Below the pieces are notes generated by a model. That model saw nothing but the letters and a program-made list of their open reading frames with translations. It made no database searches and was not told where the DNA came from. From NCBI GenBank assembly GCA_040756235.1, contig JBFLZG010000134.1, positions 1 through 64,000 on the forward strand: a stretch of 64,000 nucleotides of DNA, written 5' to 3'. Made by a program: the position numbers and the translations under genes. The number at the start of each line of letters is the position of its first letter. Within the stretch, counting starts at the first letter, position 1. The stretch comes from a bacterium. GTDB taxonomy: Bacteria; Desulfobacterota; DSWW01. Shown here piece after piece: positions 38,178 through 48,418 of this stretch.

Positions 38178-39545
38178 GTGACGGAAAACCAGGATCCGAG
38201 ACACAGGGAGATCACGATTCTCGATTCCGTGAACGAGGGCGTCTTCACGGTCGACCCGGAGTGGCGGATCACCGCTTTCAACAAGGCAGCCGAACGGATC
38301 ACGGGGGTGCCGCGCGAGCACGCGATCGGACGCTCCTGCTGCGACGTGTTCCACGCCGACATCTGCGAGAGGGACTGTGCGCTCCGGCGCACCCTGGCGA
38401 GCGGAAAACCGATCGTGAATGCGACGGCGCACATCGTGGACCACTCGGGGCGGCGCGTGCCGATCCGCATCTCCACCGCCTTGCTCAGGGACCGGCAAGG
38501 CGAGGTGGCCGGCGGAGTGGAGACCTTCCAGGACCTCACGCAGGTCGAACAGCTCCAGAAGGAGCTCGAGGGCCGATACACTTTCGAGGACATCGTGGGC
38601 CGGAGCCCGGGCATGATGCGGCTGTTCGAGGTTCTGCCGCAGATTTCGGCCAGCCCCAGCACCGTTCTGATCGAGGGCCCCAGCGGCACGGGCAAAGAGC
38701 TTTTTGCCCGCGCCATCCACAACCTTTCGTCAAGAAGAAGGAAACCCTTCATCGCGGTCAACTGCGCGGCTTTGCCCGACACCCTGCTGGAGAGCGAGCT
38801 TTTCGGCCATAAGGCCGGCGCCTTCACGGACGCCAAACGGGACAAGCCCGGGCGATTCGAGCGCGCTCAAGGCGGGACGATCTTCCTGGACGAGGTGGGC
38901 GACATCGCGCCTGCCATGCAGGCACGCCTGCTCCGTGTGCTTCAGGAGAGGGTCGTGGAGCCCCTCGGGGGAGTGAAGTCGATCCCCGTGGACGTCCGCG
39001 TCGTGGCCGCGACCAACAAGGACCTGGCCGAGCTGGTGCGGACCGGCAGGTTCCGCAGCGACCTGTATTACCGCATCCGTGTGGTGCATCTGCGACTGCC
39101 GGCCCTGCGCGACCGCCGCGAGGACATTCCGATCCTGATCCGCCACCTGATCGCGAAGTTCAACCGGCTCCAGGACAAGGACATCGCCGACGTCTCGGAC
39201 GACGTGATGGCGTGCCTCATGGAGCACGACTATCCGGGCAATGTGCGGGAGCTGGAGAACATCATCGAGCAGGCCTTCGTCCTCTGCCCGGGCGGCCTGA
39301 TCGGGCTGAGCCACCTGCCGCCGGAGCTGCGCCCGGTCGCCCCGGCGAGCCCCGGCCGCTCGCAGCCGATGACCCTCCAGGCCATGGAGAAGTTCCTGAT
39401 CACGGAAACGCTGCGGCGATGCGGGGGCAACCGGAAGCAGGCGGCCCGGGACCTCGGTATCGACCCGAGCACGCTCTACCGGAAGCTCCGGGACCTCCGG
39501 ATCGAGCCGCCCGAGAGGGACGGCCGAAGCCGGCGGCGAAACTGA
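38178..39545 (+). CDS. Cys-PAS sigma54 enhancer-binding protein (OrpR-like), copy 2
   Basis: CCDVFHADICERDC; GPSGTGKE, GAFTDA, HTH. Confidence 0.9.
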   Translation: MTENQDPRHREITILDSVNEGVFTVDPEWRITAFNKAAERITGVPREHAIGRSCCDVFHADICERDCALRRTLASGKPIVNATAHIVDHSGRRVPIRISTALLRDRQGEVAGGVETFQDLTQVEQLQKELEGRYTFEDIVGRSPGMMRLFEVLPQISASPSTVLIEGPSGTGKELFARAIHNLSSRRRKPFIAVNCAALPDTLLESELFGHKAGAFTDAKRDKPGRFERAQGGTIFLDEVGDIAPAMQARLLRVLQERVVEPLGGVKSIPVDVRVVAATNKDLAELVRTGRFRSDLYYRIRVVHLRLPALRDRREDIPILIRHLIAKFNRLQDKDIADVSDDVMACLMEHDYPGNVRELENIIEQAFVLCPGGLIGLSHLPPELRPVAPASPGRSQPMTLQAMEKFLITETLRRCGGNRKQAARDLGIDPSTLYRKLRDLRIEPPERDGRSRRRN

Positions 39546-39636
39546 TCTCGCCCTTGGCCGATCGGCCGCACCCGGCTGCAGTGGTGCCGTTGCGAGCCCG
39601 CTGAAACACGGAGAAGATCGGGCTGCCGGGATGTCC

Positions 39637-39652
39637 AGGCATGCGGCTTGCT
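39637..39652 (+). promoter_or_regulatory. sigma54 promoter-like site
   Basis: AGGCATGCGGCTTGCT (GG-N10-GC). Confidence 0.5.
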
Positions 39653-39745
39653 CTCTTGTCCGAGCGGTCGAGGGTGGCGTCCCATTGCGGGCAGGCGTGC
39701 ACGGACTCGCGGGGGGCTGCAACCCTCGGAAGGAGAGGAGTCATC

Positions 39746-40018
39746 ATGCCGGGATTCGATGGAAAAGGACCGAGGGGGCTGGGCCCGATGAGCGGCCGCG
39801 GCCATGGATTCTGCATGCTCAAGATCCAGCCCGGATCGCCTGAGCCGGTGACGGGGTTCGCCGGGCTGGCCGGCTGGCCGGTCGGCCGTGAGGGGGAGCT
39901 CGTTCAGTTGCGGGCGCAGGCGTTGGAGATCAGGGCGATGCTCGAAGCGATCGAGCGCCGCATCGAGGCCCTGCGCAAGGACCGGCCCCCTTCTCGAGCG
40001 CATCGTCAGCCGGAATGA
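39746..40018 (+). CDS. Small DUF5320-like protein
   Basis: Strong RBS; MPGFDGKGPRGLGPMSGRGHGFC. Confidence 0.75.
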   Translation: MPGFDGKGPRGLGPMSGRGHGFCMLKIQPGSPEPVTGFAGLAGWPVGREGELVQLRAQALEIRAMLEAIERRIEALRKDRPPSRAHRQPE

Positions 40019-40047
40019 CGCTCGAATGAAGGAGCAGGACACACGTC

Positions 40048-40622
40048 TCAAGGGGCGCGGTCGATCGAGCCGCCGAGGCTTGGCGGCCAGCCCGGAGGGA
40101 CCAGGAGCTGCACCTCGACCGTCTCGCCGGCCGCCGCTATGCGGCCGATCCGTCCCGGCGTGAGCAAGTCCCCTTTCCTGCCTACCGTCGAGCCTCTCCG
40201 GATATCCGAGCCCCGGGGAAGCACGTTCCGGCCGGCATCCACGGGGACCGCGACCTTCACGCGTGCGGTCGCCTCTTCCGCGTGCTCGGCGCCGACCACG
40301 GCATCGGCGCCTGCCGGGAGTGCGGCGCCGCTCGTGATCCTCACCGCGGTGCCGGGCACGACCTCCAGGGCCCCGACGACTTCCCCGGCCACCGCGCTTC
40401 CCGAAATGCGCAGCACCGCAGGCAGCCCCGGGCCTGCCCGGGCCGTGTCCCCGGAGCGCACGGCGAAACCGTCCTTGAGGGAAGCGTTCACCGAAGGGCT
40501 GTCCACGCGTGCCTGCACGCCCCGGCAGAGGACCCGATAGAGGGCGCGCTCGAGCGGCAGGCTCTCGGACGGCAGGACCGGCTCCCGGACCTGGCGCCGG
40601 GCCCGTTCGAGGCCGATCAGAG
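40048..40622 (-). pseudogene. moeA: MoeA remnant with large internal deletion
   Basis: DSPSVNASLKDGFAV, ITSGA.LP.GADAVV, NV..RGSD joined directly to terminal GETVEVQLL; no clear start. Confidence 0.8.
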
Positions 40623-40660
40623 CGGACGGCTTGCGCAGGGGGCCCGGGCCGGCGGCAGCC

Positions 40661-41437
40661 TTACTTGCCTTTCCAGACCGGCTTCCGTTTGGCGAGGAAC
40701 GCATCCACGCCCTCCCGCGCGTCCTCGGAGGTGCAAAGGTCGGCAAAGACGTCGCTGCTGTGCTCGAAGCGGCGGGCGAACGGCAGGTCGAGCATCCGGT
40801 AGTAGAACTGCTTGCCGAGCTTGACCGCCAGGGGGCTCTTGGAAAGGAGCTTTTCGGCAAAAGTCAGGGTCTCGGCCTCCAGTTTTTCGAGCGGCACCAC
40901 GCGGTTGACCAGCCCGAGACTCTGCGCCTCGGCGCTATCGATCATGTCGCCGCAGAGCAGCATCTCCAGCGATTTCTTTTTCCCCACGCCGTAGCTGATC
41001 GGGATGATGGGTCCGGTGCAGAGGAGACCCACGTTGATGGCCGTGGTGCCGATCTTCGTCCCTTCCGCCACAATGGCGAAGTCCGCCGCGGCGAGGAGAC
41101 CGGCGCCGTTCGCCACGGCATAGCCGTGCACCATGGCGATGACCGGCTTGGACATCGAGGCCACGGTCAGGTGCATATCGTCCATGCGCGAGATCCAGTC
41201 CTTGTACTCCTGCCGCGACTTCCCGGGGAACTCCGCGACGTCGATGCCGGTCGAGAACGCCTTCCCTTCGCCCTTGACGATCACGACCGCAACCCTGTCG
41301 TCCTCGTCCAGCTGGCGCAGGCCCAGGTTGAGCTCTCGAGCCAGCTGCGAGCTGAACGTGTTGAACTTCTGCGGGCGGTTCAGGGACAGGATGCCTAAGC
41401 GATCCCTGACTTCCAGAAGAATGGTTTCATACGCCAT
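40661..41437 (-). CDS. Enoyl-CoA hydratase/isomerase family protein
   Basis: LNRP..N, FSTGID, KPVIAMVHG, AF..KRKPVWKG. Confidence 0.92.
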   Translation of the reverse strand: MAYETILLEVRDRLGILSLNRPQKFNTFSSQLARELNLGLRQLDEDDRVAVVIVKGEGKAFSTGIDVAEFPGKSRQEYKDWISRMDDMHLTVASMSKPVIAMVHGYAVANGAGLLAAADFAIVAEGTKIGTTAINVGLLCTGPIIPISYGVGKKKSLEMLLCGDMIDSAEAQSLGLVNRVVPLEKLEAETLTFAEKLLSKSPLAVKLGKQFYYRMLDLPFARRFEHSSDVFADLCTSEDAREGVDAFLAKRKPVWKGK

Positions 41438-41538
41438 GAGTCCTCCTGTGCGCTGAATCGTTCACGTGCATGGGTCTGGCGACTGCTCGTTTCAGGTGCA
41501 CTACGTTCACAAACCAATACGACCAGGTCCTCGCCGAG

Positions 41539-41763
41539 TCAAATCCGGGATGGGCGGGAGCACTGCGGCGCCTTCAGCAGCCCGTGAAGAAGTCCGGGAT
41601 GTGCAGCCACTTCAAGGAACATGCCGCCCGCCTTGAGGACTCGAGACGCTTCCGCAAGAGCCTCTTCCCTTGCCTCCGGGGGAAGCTCCTGCTTGCTGCG
41701 GTCTCCTACCGAAAGCGACAGCAAAGAGCGTACCAGGACCGGACGCAGGGGCAATCCCCACAC
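41539..41763 (-). pseudogene. Possible class I methyltransferase fragment
   Basis: Only ELPPEAREEALAEASRVLKAGG is recognisable. Confidence 0.35.
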
Positions 41764-41899
41764 CGCAGCATTCTTGTAAAACGGGCGGATGCGGACAGGG
41801 GTCTAGGGGACGAGGAGAGCCGCAGGAGGACGGGGATGCGCGATCTCCAGGCCGGGCTTAACGTGCCTGAGTTATTTTCGCACGCTGCCGCACGTTCCA

Positions 41900-41943
41900 A
41901 CTTGAAAATCATCTATTGACATGAGGATTTTCAAGTCTATCAT
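41900..41943 (+). promoter_or_regulatory. sigma70 promoter bracketed by an 11-bp inverted repeat
   Basis: ACTTGAAAATC / GATTTTCAAGT around TTGACA; TATCAT 16 bp later. Confidence 0.7.
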
Positions 41944-41949
41944 GGCTGC

Positions 41950-43098
41950 ATGATCCCTCGTCCCGATCCACTCCACCGAATCGAGCTCGCGTTTCGTGTC
42001 CACCCCGTCGTGGCGCTGCTCGGGCCGCGCCAGTGCGGCAAGACGACGCTGGCGAGGATCTTCGAGGAGCCTCGGTCCTACATCCACTTCGATCTGGAAG
42101 ACCCCGTGGACATGCGCCGGCTGTCCGAGCCGGTGAGGGCGCTCGAAGGGCTCTCCGGGCTCGTGGTTATCGACGAGGTGCAGCGCCGCCCCGACCTGTT
42201 CGAGATTCTCAGGGTCCTGATCGACCGCCCTGGAAATTCCGCCCAGTTCCTGTTGCTGGGCTCCGCTTCGCCTCAGCTCGTCAAGGGCGTATCCGAATCG
42301 CTCGCCGGCCGCATCGGGTTCGTCGATCTGTCTGGCTTCAGCCTCTTCGAGGTCGGTACGGAGCACCGCAATCGCCTTTGGATGCGCGGCGGCTTTCCGC
42401 GGTCCTTCCTGGCCGCCGACGAGCAGGCCAGCATGCTGTGGCGTGAAGACTTCGTCCGCACCTTTCTCGAACGAGACATCCCCCAGCTCGGCATCACGGT
42501 TCCCGCCGAGGCCTTGAGACGTTTCTGGACCATGGTTGCCCATTACCACGGGCAGGTTTGGAACGCCGCAGAGTTTGCCAGATCGCTGGGCGCCTCGGAA
42601 AACACGGCCCGCCGCTATCTCGACATCCTGGCAGGGGCGTACATGGTGAGAACCCTTCCTCCCTGGTACGAGAATATCAGCAAGCGACAGGTCAAGGCCC
42701 CCAAGACATACATCCGGGACAGCGGCATTCTCCACACCCTGCTGCAATTGCGGACCTTGGCGGACCTGCAGGGGCACCCCAAGATCGGAGCCTCGTGGGA
42801 AGGGTTCGCCGTTGAACAGGTGATCGCTTTGCTGGAAACCCGAGACGCCTACTTCTGGGCGACACACGCCGGAGCCGAGCTGGACCTGCTGGTGCTGGTC
42901 TCCGGGAAGCGCTACGGCTTCGAGTTCAGGTACGCCGATGCGCCAGGCCGGACCCGCTCTATGCAGAGCGCCCTCGAGGATCTCCACTTGGAGCAGTTGT
43001 GGGTGGTCTATCCGGGCGAAAAGGAATACTCCCTCCACGAGAGTATATCCGTGATTCCCCTCGCTTCGGTCCTGGGTCTGGCAAGAACCCTGCGATGA
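41950..43098 (+). CDS. AAA_14 ATPase with DUF4143 domain
   Basis: GPRQCGKTT, IDEVQ, LLGSAS, ESLAGR, RGGFP, SWEG, ELD..GFEF. Confidence 0.9.
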   Translation: MIPRPDPLHRIELAFRVHPVVALLGPRQCGKTTLARIFEEPRSYIHFDLEDPVDMRRLSEPVRALEGLSGLVVIDEVQRRPDLFEILRVLIDRPGNSAQFLLLGSASPQLVKGVSESLAGRIGFVDLSGFSLFEVGTEHRNRLWMRGGFPRSFLAADEQASMLWREDFVRTFLERDIPQLGITVPAEALRRFWTMVAHYHGQVWNAAEFARSLGASENTARRYLDILAGAYMVRTLPPWYENISKRQVKAPKTYIRDSGILHTLLQLRTLADLQGHPKIGASWEGFAVEQVIALLETRDAYFWATHAGAELDLLVLVSGKRYGFEFRYADAPGRTRSMQSALEDLHLEQLWVVYPGEKEYSLHESISVIPLASVLGLARTLR

Positions 43099-43204
43099 TC
43101 TTCGCACAGAGCCGCAGACCGGCCTGGCAAGAGTCCAAATCCGGTAAGACCACGGCGGTCGAGCCGCTTCCGGCGACCGCAAAGCCCCGGTTCGGGACCG
43201 CCCG

Positions 43205-43918
43205 TCAGGGGATTCGTCCCCTGCGGCCCGCGGCGAAGTCATGCAGGGGGATCAAAATGTCGGCCGTCTCCTTGACCTTGACCGCCGACTCATAGGCATC
43301 GATGACGTTGATGTGGACTCCCGGCGCCACGACCTGGCCCCGCTCCGGGAAGTTCTCCCCGTTGCAGCAGAAGCCCGTGATCACCGCGCGGCCCCGGCTC
43401 GTGTCGACCACGACCGACTGGCCCCCCGGCGTGTGTCCGGGCGTCGAGATCACCCGGATGCCGTCGGCGATCTCGGCGTCCCCCTCCAGGGTGACCACCT
43501 CGAGGCCGTCCAGCAGGTCCGGATAATAGCGATGGTCGATGGGATGGGGATTGCGGAAGAATTCCAGCTCGGCTTTCTGGACATAGACGCGCGCGCCCGG
43601 GCACTTGTAGTCGTTTTCGCAGTGGTCGTTGTGCAGGTGGGTGTGGATGATGACTTCGATGTCTTCGGGACGAAGCTCCTGGGTGGCCAGCGCGTCCTCG
43701 AACTCGAGGATCTTCACGCCGTTCTCCTTGGCCACCTCCGGCGGCACGACGAACTGCTCGAGCCCGGTGTCCACCAGAACTTTCCGTTCCCCGCCTTCCA
43801 GATAGAAGACATAGATCGGGATCCAGATCCTGCGCCCGTATCCCTTCAGGTAGGTCATGACGCCCTGGTCGGTCTCGTTGGCGCCGACGATCAGCGGGTG
43901 GATGACGTATTCGGTCAT
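43205..43918 (-). CDS. AHL-lactonase-like metallo-beta-lactamase fold hydrolase
   Basis: THLHNDH, TPGHTPG, PLHD. Confidence 0.85.
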   Translation of the reverse strand: MTEYVIHPLIVGANETDQGVMTYLKGYGRRIWIPIYVFYLEGGERKVLVDTGLEQFVVPPEVAKENGVKILEFEDALATQELRPEDIEVIIHTHLHNDHCENDYKCPGARVYVQKAELEFFRNPHPIDHRYYPDLLDGLEVVTLEGDAEIADGIRVISTPGHTPGGQSVVVDTSRGRAVITGFCCNGENFPERGQVVAPGVHINVIDAYESAVKVKETADILIPLHDFAAGRRGRIP

Positions 43919-44012
43919 GGAAGACTCCAGCCGGCCCTGGCCGCGGGCTGGCAGATGGGGGCGTTCCAGGCTTTGTCCTGCCAGGCCTTGCTGCTGCCGC
44001 TCGCCCGGCGCA

Positions 44013-45008
44013 TCAGACGGGCGGCGGGATCTCGCCCAGGGCCATGCGGGCGATATCTCCCAGGAAGATCAGGGGCAAGTCGTGGGCCGCCGCCACGCCT
44101 TTCAAGGACTGCATGCACATGGGGCACAAGCAGACCAGGGCCCGGGCCCCCGCCCGCTTGGCGTCCAGGATGTTTTTCTCCTGGTCGGGCTTCGGGTCGC
44201 CGAGCCCCAGGAAGGGCTTGGCCCCGCCGCAGCACAGGGCTTCCCGGCGGTCGTACTGCCGCTCCGCGCGGCGCACCCCGGCCAGATCGAACAGCTCGTC
44301 GATGAACGGCTCCTTCTCCGGAGTGTGGCGGGACGCGCAAGGTCTCTGGTAAGCGACTTCCAGCTTGAGCGGGCGGAGACGCTTCCGATCGGCCTCGAGG
44401 CAGCGCACCAGGTGCTCGGCAAGGTGCACGGGCCGGAACGGCACCTCGATGCCGTAATCCGGGGCCAGTTTCGCCAGCATGGCGTAACAGTCGTCGTGGA
44501 AACAGACGACCTCCTTCGCTCCGGTCGCGGCGAGCCGGTCGACGAACGTGCGAGCATGTTTCCTCTGCACGCTTTCGGCGCACATGTGGCTGAAGAGCAC
44601 CCAGCAGAAGAAGGGCTTCCCTCCCACCCGCGGCAGATCATACAACTTCCCCTGGATGAGGTGGGCGTCGGTCTTGCCGAAGACGCAGATCGAGAGCACG
44701 CGCTCCGCCCTGGGCAGGTCCTTCACCTCTCCGGAGAACAGGTAGCGGGCTTCGGTTTGAGCGACCGTCTCGCTCGAGACCAGGACCCGATACTTTTCCT
44801 GGAGCCCCGCGATGAGGTCAAAAGGGTTCGCCTGCTCGGGACAGATCTCGTTGCAGGCGTAGCAGGTGAGGCAGCGCTCCAGGACCGGCGTGCGCGCGCC
44901 GGCCATCATCTGTTTCATCCAGTCGGCGGCCTGCGCGCGTTCGACTTCCATCCACGGGCACTCCACCAGGCAATCCCCGCAAAGCGTGCAAAGATCGGAT
45001 CGGAACAT
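44013..45008 (-). CDS. Fe-S / CCG-domain oxidoreductase
   Basis: CTLCGDC..CP, CLTCYACNEICP, CCGG, CPMC. Confidence 0.82.
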   Translation of the reverse strand: MFRSDLCTLCGDCLVECPWMEVERAQAADWMKQMMAGARTPVLERCLTCYACNEICPEQANPFDLIAGLQEKYRVLVSSETVAQTEARYLFSGEVKDLPRAERVLSICVFGKTDAHLIQGKLYDLPRVGGKPFFCWVLFSHMCAESVQRKHARTFVDRLAATGAKEVVCFHDDCYAMLAKLAPDYGIEVPFRPVHLAEHLVRCLEADRKRLRPLKLEVAYQRPCASRHTPEKEPFIDELFDLAGVRRAERQYDRREALCCGGAKPFLGLGDPKPDQEKNILDAKRAGARALVCLCPMCMQSLKGVAAAHDLPLIFLGDIARMALGEIPPPV

Positions 45009-45143
45009 CGGCGCCTCCTCTGCCGCATCGCGTTCGCCGGGCACACGGCAGGTCGACCATCCAGGGTCGGCCGCCCAGCGGAATGCTGCATCCGGCTGTG
45101 CCGGGCGCGCCTGTTTCGAACAAGCCTGCAACGGACTCCCACT

Positions 45144-45605
45144 CTATCCCTTGTAGAGCTTTCTCCAAGGCTCTTTGCTGGAGGCGAGGTAGTCCCGCAG
45201 GGCCTCGCGCAGCGTGTCTGCCGCCAGCGCGGCGCAGTGCTCATGTTCCCTGGGCAGACCGCGCAGGGCTTGGATGATCGCCTTGTCCGTGATCCGAAGA
45301 GCCTCTTGCACGGTTTTCCCGGTCGCCATCTCCGTTGCCATGCTTCCGCAGGCGACCGTAGGGCCGCATCCCTCGGTCATGAACCGCGCCTCGCGGACCC
45401 GATCGTCCGCCACGGCCAGCCAGACCTCCATGACGTCGCCGCAGGTGCCGGCTTGTTTGCCGTATCCCTGTGCGCTCTCGAGGATACCGAAGTTTCTCGG
45501 GTTGAGCCAGCGATCGATCGCCTCCTCGGAATAATGCTTCCGCGCGTCCTCGATGATCTCGTCCTGCAGCTTCTTGATCAACGCATCGTCCGAGAAGTCG
45601 TCCAT
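45144..45605 (-). CDS. IscU/NifU-N-type Fe-S scaffold protein
   Basis: NPRN.G, TCGD, GCG, HCA. Confidence 0.88.
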   Translation of the reverse strand: MDDFSDDALIKKLQDEIIEDARKHYSEEAIDRWLNPRNFGILESAQGYGKQAGTCGDVMEVWLAVADDRVREARFMTEGCGPTVACGSMATEMATGKTVQEALRITDKAIIQALRGLPREHEHCAALAADTLREALRDYLASSKEPWRKLYKG

Positions 45606-45681
45606 CGCCCGAAACCTCTCCTTCTCCTGATCCAAAGCATCCGGCCTCTCGTTCAGGCGCTTCCGGCTTTCGAGAGGAGGA

Positions 45682-45930
45682 GCATTTCCCGTGCCAAGGC
45701 ATGCCCGCGATCGTCGCGCGCGCCTACCTTGCCCGGAGAGGCCATCCGCTGACGGCATCCGGGAGGGCGGTGGCGACACAGTCGCAATTACGCGCTTCTA
45801 TGGATCAAATACAGTTGCAAGTCAGCTCCGCTATTCGCGCCCCCGTGATGCTGTCCGCGCCCGTTCGTTCCCTGATTCCTTCTTCTTTTCGCTTCCCCGG
45901 CGGATGCTCGAAGCTGGCACGGCCGTTGCT
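45682..45930. promoter_or_regulatory. Divergent sigma54 promoters sharing paired enhancer sites
   Basis: Minus TGGCACGGGAAATGC (45696-45682); plus TGGCACGGCCGTTGCT (45915-45930); 17-mers at 45780 and 45813. Confidence 0.8.
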
Positions 45931-45977
45931 GAACCGAGACTCGGGCATGGATCGTCCCCCGGAAAGGAGTGTGGTGC

Positions 45978-47693
45978 ATGAAACATTCGATCGAGGTCGT
46001 GATCGTGGGCGGCGTGGCCTGCGGCCCCAAGGCCGCATCCAGGCTCAAGAGGCTCCGGCCGGAAATGCAGGTGACGCTTCTGGACAAGGGCAAGGTGCTC
46101 TCCTACGGGGCGTGCGGCCTTCCCTACTTCGTGCAGGGGAGCTTCGAACGACTCGATGCCCTGGTGGAGACGCCGGTGGGGGTACGCAGGGATCCCGCGT
46201 TCTTCAAGAAGGTCAAGGGCTTCGAAGCCCTGCCGGAAACCGAGGCGTTGAGGATCGACAGGGAGAAGAAAACGATCGAGATCGTGTCAGGGGCGACGGG
46301 CGGGAAAAGGAGCCTGCCCTATGACAAGCTCGTGCTCGCCACGGGCGCCCGGCCCTTCCTGCCGCCGGTTCCGGGCGCTGACCTCGAGGGGATCTTCCAC
46401 ATGCACCGCCTCGAGGACGCCGCCGCGGTGAAGGAAGCTGCCGAGAAAGGCAAGATCCGGCGGGCCGTCATCGTCGGGGCCGGCTTGATCGGCGTGGAGA
46501 TGTGCGAGGCCCTGACGGCGCGGGGCGTTCAGGTCACGGTCGTGGAAATGCTGCCGACGGTCATGGGCCTGCTGCTCGACGAGGAGATGGGGCGGCTCGC
46601 GATGAGGCACCTGGTCGCAAAGGGGGCGGACCTGCGCATGGGGGAGACCGTACAGGCGTTCGCAGCAGACGGCCAGGGCCGGCTGGCCAAGGTGAAGACT
46701 TCGCGGGGCGAGATCGATGCGGACCTCTGCCTCGTCGCGGTCGGCGTGAAGCCCAACAGCGAGCTGGCCGTCAAGGCAGGGCTCGCGGTGGACCCGAAAG
46801 GCGGCATTCTCATCAATCCATTCTGTCAGACGAGTGATGCGGACATCTATGCGGGAGGCGACTGCGTGGCCAACGCCTGTCTCCATGGTCTTTCCGGCGG
46901 CCCCATGTTCGCTCCTCAGGGGTCGACCGCGAACAAGCACGGCCGCGTCATCGCAAACCATATCGCCGGCCTCTGCCAGCCCTTTGCGGGCGTCCTCGGC
47001 ACGGTGATCTGCAGGGCCTTCGAGATCACCCTGGCGAGGACCGGCCTGACGGAGAGGCAGGCCATGGCGCTCGGGCACGAAGTGGAGACGGTCCTCTGGA
47101 CCGGCACCGACCTGCCGCATTATTTCCCGGCGAGCAAACCCTTCTGTCTGAAGCTCGTCGTGAACCGGCGCACCCGGCAGCTCATCGGCTTTCAGGCGGT
47201 CGGCGCGGGCGACGTGGACAAGCGTCTCGACGTGGCCGTGACCGCCATGAGCCTCCAGGCCAGCGTGGATGCCATGGCCCATCTCGATCTCGGCTATGCG
47301 CCTCCTTATGCGCCTCCGCTGGATCCGATCCTCACGGCGGTCCACATTGCCCAGAACAAGATCGATGGCGTCACGCGGGGTATTCCTCCGCTGGAGCTGA
47401 GGAGACGGATGGAACAAGGCGATGCCGACATCGTGCTCCTCGACGTGAGAACGCCGGCGGAGCGGCAGGAGGTGCGGCTGCCTTACGAAGAACGCACCGT
47501 GCATATACCTCTGGGTGCGCTCCGTGAAAAGCTCGGGCAGCTCCCACGGGACAGACTGATCGTGCCGTTCTGCAAGGTGAGCCTCAGGGGCTACGAGGCG
47601 GAGAGGATCCTATCCGGCGCGGGCTTTCCGAGAGTGGCCTTCCTCGACGGAGGCATTGCGGGATGGCCTTTCGAGCTGATCACGGGCCCGTGA
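45978..47693 (+). CDS. CoA-disulfide reductase-like flavoprotein with rhodanese domain
   Basis: GGVACG, SYGACG, GAGLIG, YAPP; C-terminal DVR..FC rhodanese. Confidence 0.9.
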   Translation: MKHSIEVVIVGGVACGPKAASRLKRLRPEMQVTLLDKGKVLSYGACGLPYFVQGSFERLDALVETPVGVRRDPAFFKKVKGFEALPETEALRIDREKKTIEIVSGATGGKRSLPYDKLVLATGARPFLPPVPGADLEGIFHMHRLEDAAAVKEAAEKGKIRRAVIVGAGLIGVEMCEALTARGVQVTVVEMLPTVMGLLLDEEMGRLAMRHLVAKGADLRMGETVQAFAADGQGRLAKVKTSRGEIDADLCLVAVGVKPNSELAVKAGLAVDPKGGILINPFCQTSDADIYAGGDCVANACLHGLSGGPMFAPQGSTANKHGRVIANHIAGLCQPFAGVLGTVICRAFEITLARTGLTERQAMALGHEVETVLWTGTDLPHYFPASKPFCLKLVVNRRTRQLIGFQAVGAGDVDKRLDVAVTAMSLQASVDAMAHLDLGYAPPYAPPLDPILTAVHIAQNKIDGVTRGIPPLELRRRMEQGDADIVLLDVRTPAERQEVRLPYEERTVHIPLGALREKLGQLPRDRLIVPFCKVSLRGYEAERILSGAGFPRVAFLDGGIAGWPFELITGP

Positions 47694-47860
47694 GGGCGGA
47701 CGCGGCTCCCGGACGCAGGCTTCCGCGGCGAGTCGAAGCCGGCGCGACACACGAGGAATTTTCTGTCGCGCCTGAAGGAGGTTTGCTAGGATTGAAATAG
47801 CGGAGAAACCGTCTGCCCTGAGGCTCGAGGGCCCAACCGTCGCACAGGAGGAGGGAAGCC

Positions 47861-48418
47861 ATGAGAGTCGCCAACATTCTCAAAGGCCACGATCTCTTCG
47901 CCAACCTGAGCGTCGAAGAGGTCAACCGGATCAGCGGGTTCTCGGAGTGCCGGAGCTATCGCAAGAACCAGTTGATTTTCAAGTACGGGGATCAGGGTGA
48001 CCACGTCTTCATCTTGCTCGACGGCCAAGTTCATCTTCACCTGCCCGCGGAACCGGGTGCGTTCCGGATCGTGGTGTCCAATGTGACGAAAGGCGACCTC
48101 TTCGGCCTGTCCTCCCTGCTGGGGTCGGAGCGGTACACCCTGGAAGCGCAGGCCGCCGGCCCCGCCCAGGCGCTCGCCATCAACGCCCGCAAGCTCAGAG
48201 GCCTGCTGCAGACGAACTGCCTCGCCGGGTTCACCATCATGAGCGAGGTCGCCGAGGCGTATTTCACCCGCTACGTCGAAATCCTCAAGAGGCTGCAGGG
48301 GATCGTCACGCAGATCCCGCTCATCGCCAGCGAGGGGACGGAGCCACCGCCTCCTGCCGGGTCCCGGCAGGGTCTGCAACGCAGAGCTCGCGCCGCAGCG
48401 CCCAGGCCATCGCTGTAA
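47861..48418 (+). CDS. Cyclic-nucleotide-binding domain protein (no clear HTH)
   Basis: LFANL, IFKYGD.GD..FILLDG, GDLFG. Confidence 0.8.
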   Translation: MRVANILKGHDLFANLSVEEVNRISGFSECRSYRKNQLIFKYGDQGDHVFILLDGQVHLHLPAEPGAFRIVVSNVTKGDLFGLSSLLGSERYTLEAQAAGPAQALAINARKLRGLLQTNCLAGFTIMSEVAEAYFTRYVEILKRLQGIVTQIPLIASEGTEPPPPAGSRQGLQRRARAAAPRPSL

